Under the pieces are notes generated by a model. That model ran no database searches and had not been told where the DNA came from. It worked only from the letters and a program-made list of their open reading frames with translations. 47,586 nucleotides of DNA from Candidatus Thorarchaeota archaeon. Lineage in GTDB: Archaea > Asgardarchaeota > Thorarchaeia > Thorarchaeales > Thorarchaeaceae. A program made the translations under genes and the position numbers. Positions 18,925 through 27,598 of the stretch are shown here, one piece after another. The stretch spans positions 1 through 47,586 of the forward strand of contig JAWAQK010000015.1 of NCBI GenBank assembly GCA_038893995.1, read 5' to 3'. The first letter of the stretch is position 1. Each line of letters starts with the position of its first letter.

Positions 18925-20535
18925 TCAGCTCTCCTCGATCACTATTCCCTCTACCAGCTCCGGTGTCAAAACCCGGGTGACCCGGACCGAGACAATCCTG
19001 CCTGCTGAGAAACCACCAGGAACCGTCATGATGGGCCCATCTCCGAGAGGATAGACCATTGTGTAACCGTGTCGGGATGATGACATCTCAGCTGCAATTC
19101 CTCTGACCACTTTGCCTATCTGTTCGGTCTTCCGTGCCTTGTTAAGACGTCTGGCGACCTCCTGAAGTACCCTACTTGACTGGTCCCTGGGAGAAGGGGG
19201 AGATGAGCCCTGGAATGCAGACCCCGGAAGTGGTCTGAAACCGTAGAGGACAACTCGTTCCATCCCTGCTTGATACAGACGATGCATCATGTCCAAAGTC
19301 ATTCTCGTGGTCTCGGGGGACTCGCCAGGTAACCCATAGATGAGGTACACAAATGGGCGTAGACCATGCTTCTTGGCCACGGACACCGCATGTAATACAT
19401 CCTCGGGGCTGCCATACTTACCGATTGCTCTCATATGAGGACCAGACCCGGTTTCAAGGCCAATGTGTATTGACGTGTCGCCAAGGATCCCGGAGATGAC
19501 CCTGACCACATCCTCGGTGAGCAGACAGGCCTTGATGTTCTCGATACCAATATGACATAGACCGTTCATGACACTAGGAAGACGAACCAATGCCTCCAAC
19601 AGCCTCCTGATCTCGCGGAGGTTTGCAGGAGGGTGACATGGGTCCGTGAGCGGCTGGGGGCCCCTATGGAAGTCGAGGAAATCGGGAGCCGCCAGGACCA
19701 CGCGATGAACTCCCGCCTCCAACAGGAGACGCACCTCTTCGACCACAGACTCAACACTCCTGCTTCTTGGGGGCCCCCATACCGCAGGAACGCTGCAGAA
19801 GCCACATCCAGGTGGTATGCCTTCGGGACAGCGAATGCGCTCTTTCAGGTCCTCTGACTCGCAGCCACCACACTCAACACATTGACGCCCATCTTGCAAT
19901 CTGAGCCGGGGACGCATGAAGTTGGAACAACCGCGTACGACCTCAACATAGACTCTTGATGCCTGATAGGAAGGATAGTCAACTATGCGATGAACAGACG
20001 GTCTTAGGTTCGATATTGATTCTTCAGGGATCAGTTCTCGGGGGGGCGTTATGCGGACCTGGCCCCCGTCAATGTACCCCAGCCCATCAATACTCGATAG
20101 GTCGGGGGAACTGTCCTCAAAGAAGCCGGACGACACGAGTTCACTGAGTGTGATCTCTCCTTCCCCAATGACCACCACATCGGGCCGAACTTCATTCAGG
20201 ACCAGCGACGGTGCAGATGAGATCGGCCCTCCGACTAGGATGCGACCCGTACGCCTCAGACGTTTCCACAGATCGACAACTCTACGTACCGTTGGGAGAT
20301 CCATTGACATGGCACTCAATGCAAGGTGGCTGAACGACCTGATCCGGTTTGGCGTTGAGATGATGTCCTCTGCTCGTGCAATCCTGCACGGAATGTCATG
20401 TCGCTCCATGACTCCAGCCACCGCCCTTGGTCCTACGCCAATCACGTCACGAGAGCTGGACCGTCTTCCATCACCTGATGCCAATGCATCTACAATCAGT
20501 ACTCCGTCGATCATGGGGAGCACCTTGAACGACAT
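18925..20535 (-). CDS. B12-binding-domain radical SAM protein with a C-terminal TRAM-like domain
   Basis: ILVGGP, VVVIGEGE, EVVRGC...GCGFC, PRSRS, GLETGS, YGLPGE. Confidence 0.88.
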   Translation of the reverse strand: MSFKVLPMIDGVLIVDALASGDGRRSSSRDVIGVGPRAVAGVMERHDIPCRIARAEDIISTPNRIRSFSHLALSAMSMDLPTVRRVVDLWKRLRRTGRILVGGPISSAPSLVLNEVRPDVVVIGEGEITLSELVSSGFFEDSSPDLSSIDGLGYIDGGQVRITPPRELIPEESISNLRPSVHRIVDYPSYQASRVYVEVVRGCSNFMRPRLRLQDGRQCVECGGCESEDLKERIRCPEGIPPGCGFCSVPAVWGPPRSRSVESVVEEVRLLLEAGVHRVVLAAPDFLDFHRGPQPLTDPCHPPANLREIRRLLEALVRLPSVMNGLCHIGIENIKACLLTEDVVRVISGILGDTSIHIGLETGSGPHMRAIGKYGSPEDVLHAVSVAKKHGLRPFVYLIYGLPGESPETTRMTLDMMHRLYQAGMERVVLYGFRPLPGSAFQGSSPPSPRDQSSRVLQEVARRLNKARKTEQIGKVVRGIAAEMSSSRHGYTMVYPLGDGPIMTVPGGFSAGRIVSVRVTRVLTPELVEGIVIEES

Positions 20536-20623
20536 GTCCAGTGTAGGTTAACTTATATGCCACACTGGTTCACTAGATGCACAGCTTGAAGCTACAAAAG
20601 CCAACTGGAAGGAGCAAGTAGAT

Positions 20624-20950
20624 CTGTCGGAAACAGGTGGTATTTGCCCAAAGTGTGGTCTTCCAACTGACCTTTGTGTCTGTGAGACCATAGCACAGGA
20701 AGAAACCAGAATAGTGGTGAGTATTGAACGTCGAAAGTGGGGTCGTCTGACGACTGTGATCACGGGGTTCGACAAGAGCATTGACCTCGCCGAGATGGCT
20801 GCGAAGCTAAAGACCAAGCTCGCATGTGGAGGTGCAGCAAAGCATGGCCACATAGAGCTGCAGGGAGACCACCGTGGAGTCATCATGGACGTCCTCACAG
20901 GTCTGGGATTCTCTCCAGACATGATAAGAGTGGACTGGACCAATGTCTGA
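20624..20950 (+). CDS. sui1: Translation initiation factor aIF1 (SUI1/eIF1), probable CTG start
   Basis: ICPKCGLPTDLCVCE zinc knuckle in frame upstream of the ORF-track start; LKTKLACGG and IELQGDH; GGAG SD at 20611-20614. Confidence 0.92.
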   Translation: MSETGGICPKCGLPTDLCVCETIAQEETRIVVSIERRKWGRLTTVITGFDKSIDLAEMAAKLKTKLACGGAAKHGHIELQGDHRGVIMDVLTGLGFSPDMIRVDWTNV

Positions 20951-21177
20951 GCGGCCACCGAATGTCGGGACCTGCTCAGCCTGGCAGGCTCTGAAGACTG
21001 TGTGGTCCGCGACCTTGCCTACAGAATGACAAGGGTCCCAGCCCTCCGCTTCACGAATGGAGCATGTGCCTGGGGAGTAGTGGACACTCCAAGTGTGATG
21101 CCGGGTACCCCTCATTTGCATGGCATGGTCGCAGGTTCAGGAGGTGAACATGGCCCCACTATCACAAGACCGGTGAG

Positions 21178-22143
21178 CTAGTCCAGATCATCCCCGAGAG
21201 TTCCAATGTCAAGTACGCGGACTATCTCCTTGTATCTGTTGCGGACAGTCACCTCTGTGACCCTGGCGACCTCTGCGATTCGCCGCTGAGTCCGACGGTC
21301 GTCCATCATGATAGATGCCACGTATATGGCGGCAGCGGCGAGCCCCAGAGGATCGCGTCCTATCGTGAGTCCCTTCTCTCGACTCTGGTTGAGTATCTCG
21401 ATTGTCCTGAGCTTCACCTGGCTGGAGAGGGACAATTCTGTGGCAAATCTGTTGATGTAGTCCACTGGGTTTGACAACGGGACTATGACACCAAGATTCC
21501 TCAGGAGTAGACGGTAGCATTGACCCAGTTTCTTCTTGTCGACTCTAGAGGCATCAGCGATCTCGTCGAGAGGACGGGGAGTCTGGTTTATCCTGCATGC
21601 GGCATAGAGAGTGGCCGCCACCATGGCCTCGATAGACCGCCCCCGGACAAGCTTGCGAGCTATTGACTTTCTGTACAGTATCGCAGCGAGCTCACGCACA
21701 GGAGCGGTGAGCCCCAGCTGGGACGCAAGACGCTCCAGCTCAGACATCGCCTGAACCAAGTTCCGGTCTGTCGAACTGTGCACTCTTGACCGTATCTGCC
21801 ACTTTCTTAGCCTGTATATCTCAGATCTGCGAGTCGGTGTCAAACGTCTCCCCGATAGATCCCTGTCACGCCAATCAATTACCGTAGACAGGCCCTTGTC
21901 ATGAATCGTCTGCCTGACCGGAGACCCGACTCGACTCCTGGAGTTCATCTCCTCAGATGTGAAGGCCCTCCATTCAGGACCGGTCTCTATCCTGTGATCA
22001 GACAGGACAAGACCACATCTCGAGCACGCACGTTCGCCCCGAGTCTGATCCTCGACTATGTATTGGGATCCACACTCAGGACATACATTCCCCTCAGACT
22101 GCACTCTCTCACGTGCAGGCCTGATTGGGTCAGACCCAGACAT
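21178..22143 (-). CDS. tfb: Transcription initiation factor IIB (TFB), paralogue 2
   Basis: CPECGS...CSRCG, GPEWRAF, HDKGLST, two cyclin repeats, VTEVTVRNRYK. Confidence 0.97.
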   Translation of the reverse strand: MSGSDPIRPARERVQSEGNVCPECGSQYIVEDQTRGERACSRCGLVLSDHRIETGPEWRAFTSEEMNSRSRVGSPVRQTIHDKGLSTVIDWRDRDLSGRRLTPTRRSEIYRLRKWQIRSRVHSSTDRNLVQAMSELERLASQLGLTAPVRELAAILYRKSIARKLVRGRSIEAMVAATLYAACRINQTPRPLDEIADASRVDKKKLGQCYRLLLRNLGVIVPLSNPVDYINRFATELSLSSQVKLRTIEILNQSREKGLTIGRDPLGLAAAAIYVASIMMDDRRTQRRIAEVARVTEVTVRNRYKEIVRVLDIGTLGDDLD

Positions 22144-22316
22144 GTCGTACCTCCCCTACAAGAGCAACCGGCGGTTCTCGCATCCAGTGGTGTTGATGCT
22201 CAGCCTCAATACCCGAATGCGCAATGTAACTAGATTAACAGAGCTTCTTTTAATGATTGTGGGGATTTAGCCTGGAATTCTGTGGTTGGAAACCTGAGGA
22301 AACTTGGATCTTGTGA

Positions 22317-23243
22317 CTAGGTAGTCTGTTCATGACCATCATCGGTGATGATCACAGTGTGCTCGCTCTGGGAAACGAACTCACCCTTCTCTTCAGCAAG
22401 GACATGGTGAGCGATGAGTGCACCACCCTGACGTAACTCACGGATGGCCATCTTGAGCTGTGCGGTCGGCATCTTCTGAGCGACCCACCGCTCCGCGAAG
22501 GGGAATTCTCTGTACTCCGTTCGGACAATGGACAGAAAACGCCTTGTGCCAGCAAACCGGGCGGGAACTCGAATTGGCAACATCTGATAGATGAGAGGGT
22601 TAGGCAGATCGGTGACATTGCCAGAGCCGGTACTTGCAAACGTTTCCACCGCGTAGACTTCACCGGCCTCGACCACTACCTCTGACTTCCCCGACACGCA
22701 GGGAATCTGCTTCTCTGCATGCAGTTCATACTCTCTCAGCTGGTGGCCAGAGAGCTGTCTGATCGGTTCAAAACCAGCACTCTTGATCGTGTCCTCAATG
22801 AGGGCGCCGATAGAATTCAATTTGGCACCAGGACGAAGTAGTTCAATGGCGACTCTCGTGGCCTCTTCTGAGGCTCTGACAAGACTCTGGTGTTCAGGGT
22901 TTAGCGCCACTGTGAACGCACTGTCAGAGATACAGCCATCAACATGGGCACCAACGTCCACTGTCACCAAGTCGCCCTCTGAAATCAGAGTCTCATCTCC
23001 GAGCGGTGACGTGTAATGCGCAGCAATGTTGTTCAGCGCAATGTTGCACGGGAATGAAGTCCCTGACGAGTTCTCTCGGATGTACTTCTCCACTGCTTCG
23101 ACTATGTCGATCACTTTGGCACCGGGCTTGATCATTGGTCTTGCCACTTCAAGTGCACCTCTAGCAACAATACCAGCCCTTCTCCACTTTGCCCATTTGT
23201 CAGAGACGTCCAAGTCACTGTTGTTGTTTCTGTCATTGCTCAA
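22317..23243 (-). CDS. map: Methionine aminopeptidase type II
   Basis: FPCNI...AAHYT, DVGAHVDG..SDSA, LSGH, AVETF, PFAERW, QSEHT. Confidence 0.96.
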   Translation of the reverse strand: MSNDRNNNSDLDVSDKWAKWRRAGIVARGALEVARPMIKPGAKVIDIVEAVEKYIRENSSGTSFPCNIALNNIAAHYTSPLGDETLISEGDLVTVDVGAHVDGCISDSAFTVALNPEHQSLVRASEEATRVAIELLRPGAKLNSIGALIEDTIKSAGFEPIRQLSGHQLREYELHAEKQIPCVSGKSEVVVEAGEVYAVETFASTGSGNVTDLPNPLIYQMLPIRVPARFAGTRRFLSIVRTEYREFPFAERWVAQKMPTAQLKMAIRELRQGGALIAHHVLAEEKGEFVSQSEHTVIITDDGHEQTT

Positions 23244-23306
23244 GACTAATACTCACCACTTCATTCAGCCAGGTAACTTGACTCATAAGACTGATGGCAC
23301 GGGAAT

Positions 23307-23699
23307 TCACAGGATGCTGACTATCTTGTTCACTGTGCGTGACATCATGAAGAACAGCAGACCAAGGTTGACTTTCTTGTTCGTGATAACAGCCAACAGA
23401 GCATCATCGCCAGCATTAGATATGACAACGTACCCAGTCTCTCCCTCGAACAGCATACGGGAGAGCTCACCCTTCTTGAGTTGCTTGAAGAGACCTCTCG
23501 TGGCCATCTCGATCTGCGTGGATCTGGCTGCAATAACATCCTCTTCAGGCAGGCTGTCCTTCGGGACGGAATCGGCCATGTATACACAGATGGTGAGACC
23601 TTGTGATTTCGAGACCAGGAGGCTAGCTTGTACGTTGCCCTGAGTGGCCCTGCTCAAGTCTTGCAACAGCTCTCGCAACATCTCGGCCTTGCTTGACAC
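23307..23699 (-). CDS. Roadblock/LC7 domain protein
   Basis: ASLLVSKSQGL...IAA...LKKGELSRMLFEGETGYVVI..AGDDALL...NLGL. Confidence 0.88.
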   Translation of the reverse strand: MSSKAEMLRELLQDLSRATQGNVQASLLVSKSQGLTICVYMADSVPKDSLPEEDVIAARSTQIEMATRGLFKQLKKGELSRMLFEGETGYVVISNAGDDALLAVITNKKVNLGLLFFMMSRTVNKIVSIL

Positions 23700-23747
23700 C
23701 GATACTATCCTCCGTGGGGTCTGCGCCGGAGAAGATGTATCACGTAT

Positions 23748-24521
23748 TTAAACTCTCTTGGCTCCGGCCTGTTTCAGACCTCTGATTATCTCTTTCAGTC
23801 CTTCTCCACCATCGTTGAGTACTTGTTCCTCAACATATGTACCCTGCACGACTATCGATGCACCAGCATCTACAGCCCCCACGACTGAGTCTCTGTCGTT
23901 GAATCCACCCCCAACGATGACCGGAATATCAACAAACTGCGACACGGTGGCAATCATGTCAGGCGGGACTCCGCCTCCCTCGGCACCACTGCCTGCCTCA
24001 AGATAGACAAGCCTGAATCCGAGGTATTGTGCGGCTAGTGCATACATCAATACGAGTTTAGGCTTGTCACGGGGAAAGACCTTGGCATCACCAACCCATG
24101 CCGCAGTCTTCCCAGGTGCAACCAGCAGATACGCCATGGGTATTGTCTCTATCCCGGAGAGCTTCACAGAAGCTGCTCCGAGTGCCTGTGCGCCGATGAT
24201 CCAGTACGGGTTTGTTGAGTTCAGGAGACTCATGAAGAACATGGCGTCTGCATACTTCGAAACACCAGAGATATTGCCCGGGAAGAGGATGGTTGGGATC
24301 TCGACCGCATCCGAAACGGCCTTGACAGCCTCATCGATTATTCCAAAGGCTGTGCTGCCACCCATCATGATTGCATCGGTACCAGCCTTCTCGGACAGAC
24401 GAGCAAGTTGAACTAGGGTCTCCGTATCAACCTTCAAAGGGTCCGGGTCCAGCAGTGAGAAGTGACAGGCGCCTTCGGACCTTAGTTTCTCTTGGACATA
24501 TGTCCAGACCTTGCCAGTCAT
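23748..24521 (-). CDS. Geranylgeranylglyceryl phosphate synthase
   Basis: LLDPD, MMGGS, LFPG, SLLNS, YLEAGSGA, IVGGG. Confidence 0.95.
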   Translation of the reverse strand: MTGKVWTYVQEKLRSEGACHFSLLDPDPLKVDTETLVQLARLSEKAGTDAIMMGGSTAFGIIDEAVKAVSDAVEIPTILFPGNISGVSKYADAMFFMSLLNSTNPYWIIGAQALGAASVKLSGIETIPMAYLLVAPGKTAAWVGDAKVFPRDKPKLVLMYALAAQYLGFRLVYLEAGSGAEGGGVPPDMIATVSQFVDIPVIVGGGFNDRDSVVGAVDAGASIVVQGTYVEEQVLNDGGEGLKEIIRGLKQAGAKRV

Positions 24522-24808
24522 GTGACTGTCTCCTGGTTCTCATGCGCCGTGCTTGTGCCCCTTTTTACACTTTTGGTGAGATTGAGTGAAGAGCAGAGTG
24601 CATTGAAGACACTGTTGTGAGCGTCGCCGAATGCGGAATGGCAAGACATGTGGCCCACGTCACGAGTGAACCTTACGAAACATCATGACGTCCACCTATG
24701 GGGACCAAGTAGAACAACACTGTTTATTACTCAAGATGCTGAGCGAATCTACCGCTATTGCCCCCGGAACTGGAGCGATCTGGCTTGGTCACTAGAGGAG
24801 TGGAAACA

Positions 24809-26773
24809 ATGAAGGAACACAGAATCGGGATATTCCTCTGTCACTGTGGTAGCAATATTGCAGGCGTGATCGACATTCCCACTGTCATGGCAAGGGTCGC
24901 AAAGCTGAAGGACGTTGTTCACGTGGAGGACTACAAGTATGTCTGCTCAAAACCGGGTCAGCAGATGCTCAAGGACCGAATAGATGAACTCAAGCTAGAC
25001 AGGGTCGTAATCGGTTCTTGCTCGCCGAGAATGCACGAAACTACATTCAGACAGACTCTTCGAGATGCCAACATGAACCCATATCTCCTCGAGATAGCCA
25101 ACCTGCGTGAGCATGTGAGTTGGACGCATTCAAACGATCCAAAGGCAGCAACAGAGAAGGCGGTGGACCTCCTGAGAATGGCCGTCGCCAGGGCCAGACT
25201 GTTAGAGCCCCTCGAGGAAACTGTCGTCGAGGTAAAGAAGGCATCACTGGTTATTGGAGGGGGAATTGCGGGGATATCTGCTGCGCTGGACCTCGCAAAC
25301 GCCGGATTCAAGGTCTATCTGGTGGAGAAACAGCCAACGATCGGGGGCAGAATGGCACAACACGACAAGACATTCCCCACATTAGACTGTGCTCAATGTA
25401 TCTTGTCGCCCCGCATGGCCGAGGCAGGCTCACATCCGAACATACAGCTGTTGACAATGGCAGAGGTGGAGTCTGTGGAGGGGTTTGTTGGTAACTTCAC
25501 AGTCACCATAAGGCAGAAACCTCGCTATGTCGACGTCAGCAAGTGTACGTCATGTGGGGACTGTACAAAAGTATGCCCAGTAGATGTTCCTTCTGAGTTC
25601 GATTATCGCCTCTCTTACAGGAAGGCAATATACATCCCATTCGCACAGGCGGTACCGTCCGCTTATGTATTGGACTTCAATAGCTGTCTTGGCATTGACA
25701 CAATCCGATGCGGCAAGTGTGCAACGGCGTGTGAGGCGGGAGCGATCAACTACGACGACTTTGAGAAACTATTCAAGATAGAGGTCGGGACGATCATTGT
25801 GGCCACGGGCTTTGACATATTCGACGCATCGGTGAAGGATGAATATGGTTACGGGGAGTTCGAGAATGTTGTCAATCTGCCAGAGGTCGAGAGAATGTTA
25901 AGCTCTGCAGGTCCCACTCAGGGTCATGTGGTGAGACCATCAGATCTGAGGGAGCCCAAACGGATCGTCTACATTCAGTGTGTCGGGAGTCGTGACGAGA
26001 AGACAAACCGATACTGCTCTCGTATCTGCTGCATGACCGCAATCAAACAGGCCCGGATGATAAGGGACAAGACTGGTGCAGAGGTGTTCCTGTTTTATAT
26101 AGACCTGCGTACCTTCGGCAAGGGTTACGAAGAGTTCTATGAGGCAACAGCTCAATCAGGAGTGACATTCATTCGTGGTCGGGTCGCTGAGATTGTCCAG
26201 AACGACAGGGACAAGACTCTGACTGTTCGCGGCGAAGACACGCTGCTCGGAAAGCCAATCCAGCTGGATGATGTAGACATTGTGGTACTGTCGACTGGGA
26301 TTGTACCACCGAAGTCTGCGGAGAAGCTCGCCAGAGTCCTCAATCTAAGTAGGTCTCCTGACGGCTTTCTACTCGAGGCTCACCCGAAGCTGAGACCTGT
26401 CGACTCGTTCAACGATGGGATCTTCGTGGCGGGAATGGCGCAGGGGCCAAAGGACATACCAGACACTGTTGCACAGGCAAAGGCCGCAGCAGCCGGTGCA
26501 ATGTCACTCATGGGCAGAGGGAAACTCACCGTAGAACCATACTACTCCGTTGTAGATGAAAGCAAATGTGCAGGATGTAGGATCTGTGCGTCTGTCTGTC
26601 CATACGGAGCAATCGTGTTCAACGCTCGAGGACGTGCACAGGTCAACCCCGCCGTGTGCAAGGGCTGCGGTACGTGCACTGCCACCTGCCCGAGTGGTGC
26701 AATCAAATCACAACACTACACCGATGGACAGGTAGTGGCCATGATCGAGGAGTACCTGTCTGCGTCCGAATGA
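24809..26773 (+). CDS. hdrA: Heterodisulfide reductase subunit A-like flavoprotein
   Basis: CHCGSNI, SCSPRMHE, NLREHVSW, GGGIAG, DKTFPTLDC, QCVGSR...CSRICC, HPKLRPV, ferredoxin motifs; start at ATG 24809 after GAGGAG. Confidence 0.96.
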   Translation: MKEHRIGIFLCHCGSNIAGVIDIPTVMARVAKLKDVVHVEDYKYVCSKPGQQMLKDRIDELKLDRVVIGSCSPRMHETTFRQTLRDANMNPYLLEIANLREHVSWTHSNDPKAATEKAVDLLRMAVARARLLEPLEETVVEVKKASLVIGGGIAGISAALDLANAGFKVYLVEKQPTIGGRMAQHDKTFPTLDCAQCILSPRMAEAGSHPNIQLLTMAEVESVEGFVGNFTVTIRQKPRYVDVSKCTSCGDCTKVCPVDVPSEFDYRLSYRKAIYIPFAQAVPSAYVLDFNSCLGIDTIRCGKCATACEAGAINYDDFEKLFKIEVGTIIVATGFDIFDASVKDEYGYGEFENVVNLPEVERMLSSAGPTQGHVVRPSDLREPKRIVYIQCVGSRDEKTNRYCSRICCMTAIKQARMIRDKTGAEVFLFYIDLRTFGKGYEEFYEATAQSGVTFIRGRVAEIVQNDRDKTLTVRGEDTLLGKPIQLDDVDIVVLSTGIVPPKSAEKLARVLNLSRSPDGFLLEAHPKLRPVDSFNDGIFVAGMAQGPKDIPDTVAQAKAAAAGAMSLMGRGKLTVEPYYSVVDESKCAGCRICASVCPYGAIVFNARGRAQVNPAVCKGCGTCTATCPSGAIKSQHYTDGQVVAMIEEYLSASE

Positions 26774-26959
26774 AGTTGACAGTATGTCAGCAGATCAAGG
26801 TTTCATTGATGAAACCAATCGTGGCTGAGAGAGGACCCACGTGTCGTGGGTCCAGCATTGCATCAGAGGAAGTTGTCAGCACCGGACTGCTGAAACGGTC
26901 TTCGGGAACATGCCGCATAGTATATGTACAAGTACCCGTGGCAGCGCATGAGATGACAG

Positions 26960-27598
26960 TTGACAAAGAGGACTGAGATTGAGGTAGCAATACTTGCGGG
27001 TGGCAGTTCGACTCGCTTTCGTGGTGAGAAGCCCTTTGTTCAGTTCGAGAGTAGACCAATGCTGGACATAATGATCGGTATAGCGAGAAGGCTATCACAC
27101 CTCTGCACAGTGGTGGTGTCAGATGAGAAGCAGGCCCGGACAGTTGAGGAGCGTACAACGGGTGTCCAGGTTGCGGTCGACCCCCGAGATGCACCCAGGT
27201 GCGCACTGACAGGTGCGCTGACTGCCTTCGAGTACTCTAGGGCAAAGTACTTGCTTCTTCTGCCAGTTGACACTCCGCTCGCGAACCCGGACCTCCTAGA
27301 GGTAATTGCGGATCTCTGCCCAGGTCATCATGCGGTGGTTCCCAAGTGGCCATCTGGACAACTTGAGCCACTACATGCATCATACCTGTCAGAATATGCC
27401 TACGCTACTGGACTAAAGGTCATGGAGTCAGGGAAGACAAGGATGCAGGACCTGCTCGAGAGCATGAAGAAGGTCCTCTATGTATCGACAAATGCACTGA
27501 CCTGCTTTGATCCTGAGCTACTGACGTTTAGGAACATCAATACCGTCAGCGACCTCTACGAGCTGGAGAAGAAGATCGCGTCTGGTCGTCCCCACTAG
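26960..27598 (+). CDS. mobA: Molybdenum cofactor guanylyltransferase
   Basis: ILAGGSSTRF..EK, PVDTP, EPLHA, NINT. Confidence 0.92.
   Translation: MTKRTEIEVAILAGGSSTRFRGEKPFVQFESRPMLDIMIGIARRLSHLCTVVVSDEKQARTVEERTTGVQVAVDPRDAPRCALTGALTAFEYSRAKYLLLLPVDTPLANPDLLEVIADLCPGHHAVVPKWPSGQLEPLHASYLSEYAYATGLKVMESGKTRMQDLLESMKKVLYVSTNALTCFDPELLTFRNINTVSDLYELEKKIASGRPH

Noticed and set aside
20642-20644. ATT as the aIF1 start codon
   Set aside because: The AGGTGG SD-like sequence ends 1 nt before it, which is too close; CTG at 20624 has proper SD spacing, though ATT is not formally excluded
25382-25399. Possible selenocysteine in HdrA with a downstream SECIS
   Set aside because: The relevant motif is LDCAQC with TGT codons, the ORF has no in-frame TGA, and the 3' hairpins lack a convincing SECIS core
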